A stretch of DNA of 54,906 bases, the filler included, from Sphacelaria rigidula (Eukaryota): the NCBI GenBank assembly GCA_964200075.2. It is 5 parts of 5 records of this genome, joined end to end, with 100 filler letters (N's around TTAATTAATTAA, not from the genome) between each part and the next. Parts side by side here need not be neighbours in the genome. Positions count along the whole stretch, not along the records: positions 44,007 to 54,906 come from CAXNAA020005714.1; 4 more parts are not named here. The stretch is one strand, 5' to 3'. A program made the position numbers and the translations under genes. Below, piece after piece: positions 51,880-54,906 of the stretch. Position 1 is the first letter of the stretch. Each line of letters starts with the position of its first letter. Under the pieces are notes generated by a model. It saw only the letters and a list, made by a program, of their open reading frames with translations, was not told where the DNA came from and did no database searches.

Positions 51880-53268
51880 CATAGAAGGAAATGTATCCGC
51901 ACATACCAAAATGGGTATCTCCACATTGATATTTCACAAGGAGTTGCACATGGATGTACGTTATCACCCACCATATTCAAGGTATTTATTGATGACCAGA
52001 TAATAGCAACAGAGGCAGCAAAGCGAGAAGTCAAATGGAGGAAGATATGATATCAGGATTAATTTTCGCGGATGATTTCGTGGGGAGGTCAGAAACAGCG
52101 GAAGGATTACAGAAGCAAATAGAGAAAGCGCTAGAATATACTGAGAAATGGAGAGTGACAGCGAACGTAAGCAAATGCGCTGTACTTGTATGTAATGAAG
52201 ATAAGAACAACCCGGGAGAGCTCAAGTAGAAGTGGGGGAAAAAGGAACAGTCGGTCATTGACCAGTGTACATACCTTGGCATATTGCTCTAAAACCATAT
52301 CCTTGGAATGCACACATAAATAAAGTATAGGAAAGGATAAGACACAGGTAGGCAGGATGGATATGATCCTCAGAGACTCGCACCTCGATACTAGAATTAG
52401 GAGATGTATTTTGATTAGTGTGATTGTACCAAAGCTGGAATATGCAGAAGTACGAAGGGGAGCGCGAAGTTGGTGAGGAAGTTGGAAACAGCACAGATGA
52501 CAACAGCTAAGAAAATACTTGGATGCTCAAATACGACGAATAACACAGCATTGAGAGCAGAATTGGGAATGTACCCGCTTAACACAGAGACATGAGAAAC
52601 TTCATCGACGTATGGAAGGAGATGGGAGGAAACCAAGATGTCATCATGTCCATGGGTGAATGCGGCGGGTGCAAGACAAAAGTATGAGACATTATGAAAA
52701 TAACGGGAAAAGAAGCGCTAGGACGCAAAGTAGACGAGGAACACCGGAATTTATATGGCGGGTTGAGAGAAGGGATGGTGATGAAAAGATATCTGCATGA
52801 CCCAATGGATTCCGCGCAAGCAAAAAACTGCAATCTCGAATGGGGGACCTGGACCTGCCAAAAAAAAAGGAGAGATATACCAGTAGTTGAGAGTAGGAGC
52901 AAGTGGATGCGCAAAATTTTCCTCGTGGTAGACAACAGAGTGAAACTCATATAGTCACATAATATTAACTATACAAGAAGGTACGGGACGTGCTGGAGGG
53001 GGAAATGTGGGAAGAAAACGAGGGTGGCATGAAATCGTTCGATGCACTAGACAGTGAGGAGAAAACGATGGCTAAACTAGAAGATAGATGGTGGCCACAG
53101 AAACAGAACGGGGGGAAGATATGCAACAGGTTTTTGTGTAATATATGGAAGAAACTAACGAGTGCCGGAATATTGGATGTGTCTCTAGTTGGAGTAGAAA
53201 CGGCGCTCCGTCTCGAAAAGAATGCGTGGCCAATGGTCAAAAGACTGAAGCAAGCAACAAACGAGTAT
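51880..53268 (+). mobile_element. Non-LTR retrotransposon (LINE family A), degenerate RT C-terminal half plus 3' end
   Basis: GLIFADDFVG (RT catalytic motif), QGVAHGCTLSP-like segment, KWRVTANVSKCAV, YTYLG. Multiple stops and frameshifts. Confidence 0.92.
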
Positions 53269-53276
53269 GCTTCCCT

Positions 53277-53585
53277 CGTGACCCATGAGGCAGTGTGGAA
53301 CTCGTGGCTGTCTCTGTAAGTGGTGATACCAGAAATGAACCAACTCATTAGAGGCTGCCCTCGGAATTCAAGATAGTCAGTACGCTTCGGGCTGAACAAT
53401 CTTAGCAGGATGCAGCTTACCCTCCATGCGATTCGCTGGATGCAACACGCCGTTTCGTGCTTGGTGATTGATTGCAAGCCTGGTCCGGCGAAAACCCGAC
53501 GTGCTCCGTCCCGGCTTTGTAGGGGGCCGAGGTCAACGGTCATATGGCTACGGTATGCAAAGTCATGAGTACTCCCTCCCCCCCC
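53277..53585 (+). mobile_element. Non-LTR family B 3' fragment
   Basis: Reverse complement of 15141-15450. Ends CATGAGTACTCCCTCCCCCCCC. Confidence 0.78.
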
Positions 53586-53587
53586 GG

Positions 53588-54583
53588 ACGTGAACAAATG
53601 CGCGGTAGTTTCGTGTAACGAAGATAAAAAAAAAACGGTAGGATTCAAATGGAAGTCGGGAGAATAGGAAATGTCGATCGTAGACCAGTATACATACCTT
53701 CACGTCGACGTATGAAAAAAATGTTCTTGAGATGGACGCATAGATAAAGGAATAGGAAAGAATAAGGCGCAGGTGGGAAAGACGGGCTTGACACCAAGAG
53801 ACTCGCACGTCGATAAAAGGTTTGAGATGTGTATATTCTGATTAATACGGCTGTACCGAAGCTAGAATACTCAGGAGAAGTATGGGGAGGGAAGGCGACG
53901 CCGGTGAAGCAGCTGGGAACATTAAAGATGACAGCGGGTAAGAAAATACTGGAATGTTCAAAACCAAAGCGTAGTACAGCATTGAAAGCAAAATTGAGGA
54001 TGATCCCACTTCGAACAAATAGACATGAAAAAATTGGAATGTCAATATAACGTACTGTAATTGGAAGCATTGGCAGCCATAGTTGGCAGTGCTGTATGGA
54101 AGAAAGTGACGAAATGACAGGTTGGAATAAGGTGGGATAGCGTAGTCGAGAAAGTATGGAAGGACATAGGAGGAAACCAAGACGAGACGATGTCCACAAG
54201 TGAATGTGGGGGGTACAAGACAAAAGTAAGGCATGATGGACATGGAAAAACACGCGCCAAGACGAGAAATGGAAAATAAACCTTAAAATATACTGGGAGT
54301 TGTGAGAGGGAACAGGTGTCAAACCATATCTGCACGGCCCAACGGACTGCGCGAAGAATTTGAAAGTGCCCTTTCGGACTGGGGCCCTTGACTTATCTGG
54401 GAGAACGACAAACAGGATACCAGTGGTCAGGTGGAGGAGGAAAGAGATGTACAGAATTCTCCTATGGCAAGGCACTGGACGATATAACTCATGTAGTGCC
54501 AGAGCGTGAACTATACATGGAGGAACGGGGCGTAAACTAGAATGTCACTGGTCAAATGAATGAGGCAAGCAACGAATGAGTAC
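53588..54583 (+). mobile_element. LINE family A, second 5'-truncated degenerate copy
   Basis: Colinear with 52160-53268 (LINTAVPKLEYSGEVWGG; YLHGPTD). Ends AACGAATGAGTAC plus a C-tract. Confidence 0.9.
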
Positions 54584-54603
54584 TCCCCCCCCCCTCCGCA
54601 ACC

Positions 54604-54906
54604 CAGACGTGCGAAAGGCTTATGACACAGTATGGAGAAATGGATTGTGGAAGAAGTTATGCGAAGCTGGGATCAGAGGAAAAATGTGGAGAATGGTGAA
54701 GAAGATGACAGAATGTGCCGAAAGTGTCATGATGCTGGACGGGGAAATATCGAAATATTTCGATATCTTACAAGGAGATGCACAAGGATATACGTCATCA
54801 CCCACTTCGTTCAAGGTATTTTAATGACGTGATGAGAGCAGTAGAAGCAGCAAAGCAAGGGGTTCAAGTGCGTGAAGATATGGTATCAGGATTGATGTTC
54901 GCGGAT
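54604..54906 (+). mobile_element. LINE family A, third copy (RT core, runs off the contig)
   Basis: DVRKAYDTVWRNGLWKKL...GIRGKMW...QGDAQGYTSSP...GLMFAD, which are non-LTR RT motifs. Confidence 0.93.

Noticed and set aside
52965..54475. Long minus-strand ORFs (227 aa and 276 aa)
   Set aside because: They are antisense shadows of the purine-rich degenerate LINE copies.

Overview
This is eukaryotic nuclear DNA, most likely from a brown alga (inferred from intron-rich GT-AG genes, TTAGGG-type repeats and the LINE/SINE content). The window is not one locus. It holds five unrelated contigs sorted by length (1-10903, 11004-21905, 22006-32906, 33007-43906, 44007-54906), joined by artificial 44N-TTAATTAATTAA-44N linkers, so nothing can be inferred from neighbourhood across those joins. 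Three partial spliced genes can be rebuilt with consistent exon phases: an MFS (TetA/HIAT-like) transporter (contig 2, +), a TPR protein that looks like the meiotic ZIP4/SPO22/TEX11 family (contig 3, +), and a protein with two tandem SAM domains (contig 4, -). The rest is repeat-rich. It contains two related tRNA-derived SINE families, two non-LTR retroelement families that share a 3' end and sit in C-rich tracts, and MITEs of hAT, piggyBac, PIF/Harbinger and possibly Tc1/mariner type, two of them nested reciprocally. Contig 5 also has a ~7 kb decayed coding element with motifs resembling a CxC-KDZ transposase, flanked by weak OTU-, Ulp1- and SET-like segments. Most ORFs in the six-frame track are spurious. 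All family assignments come from motif recognition by eye; no searches were run.
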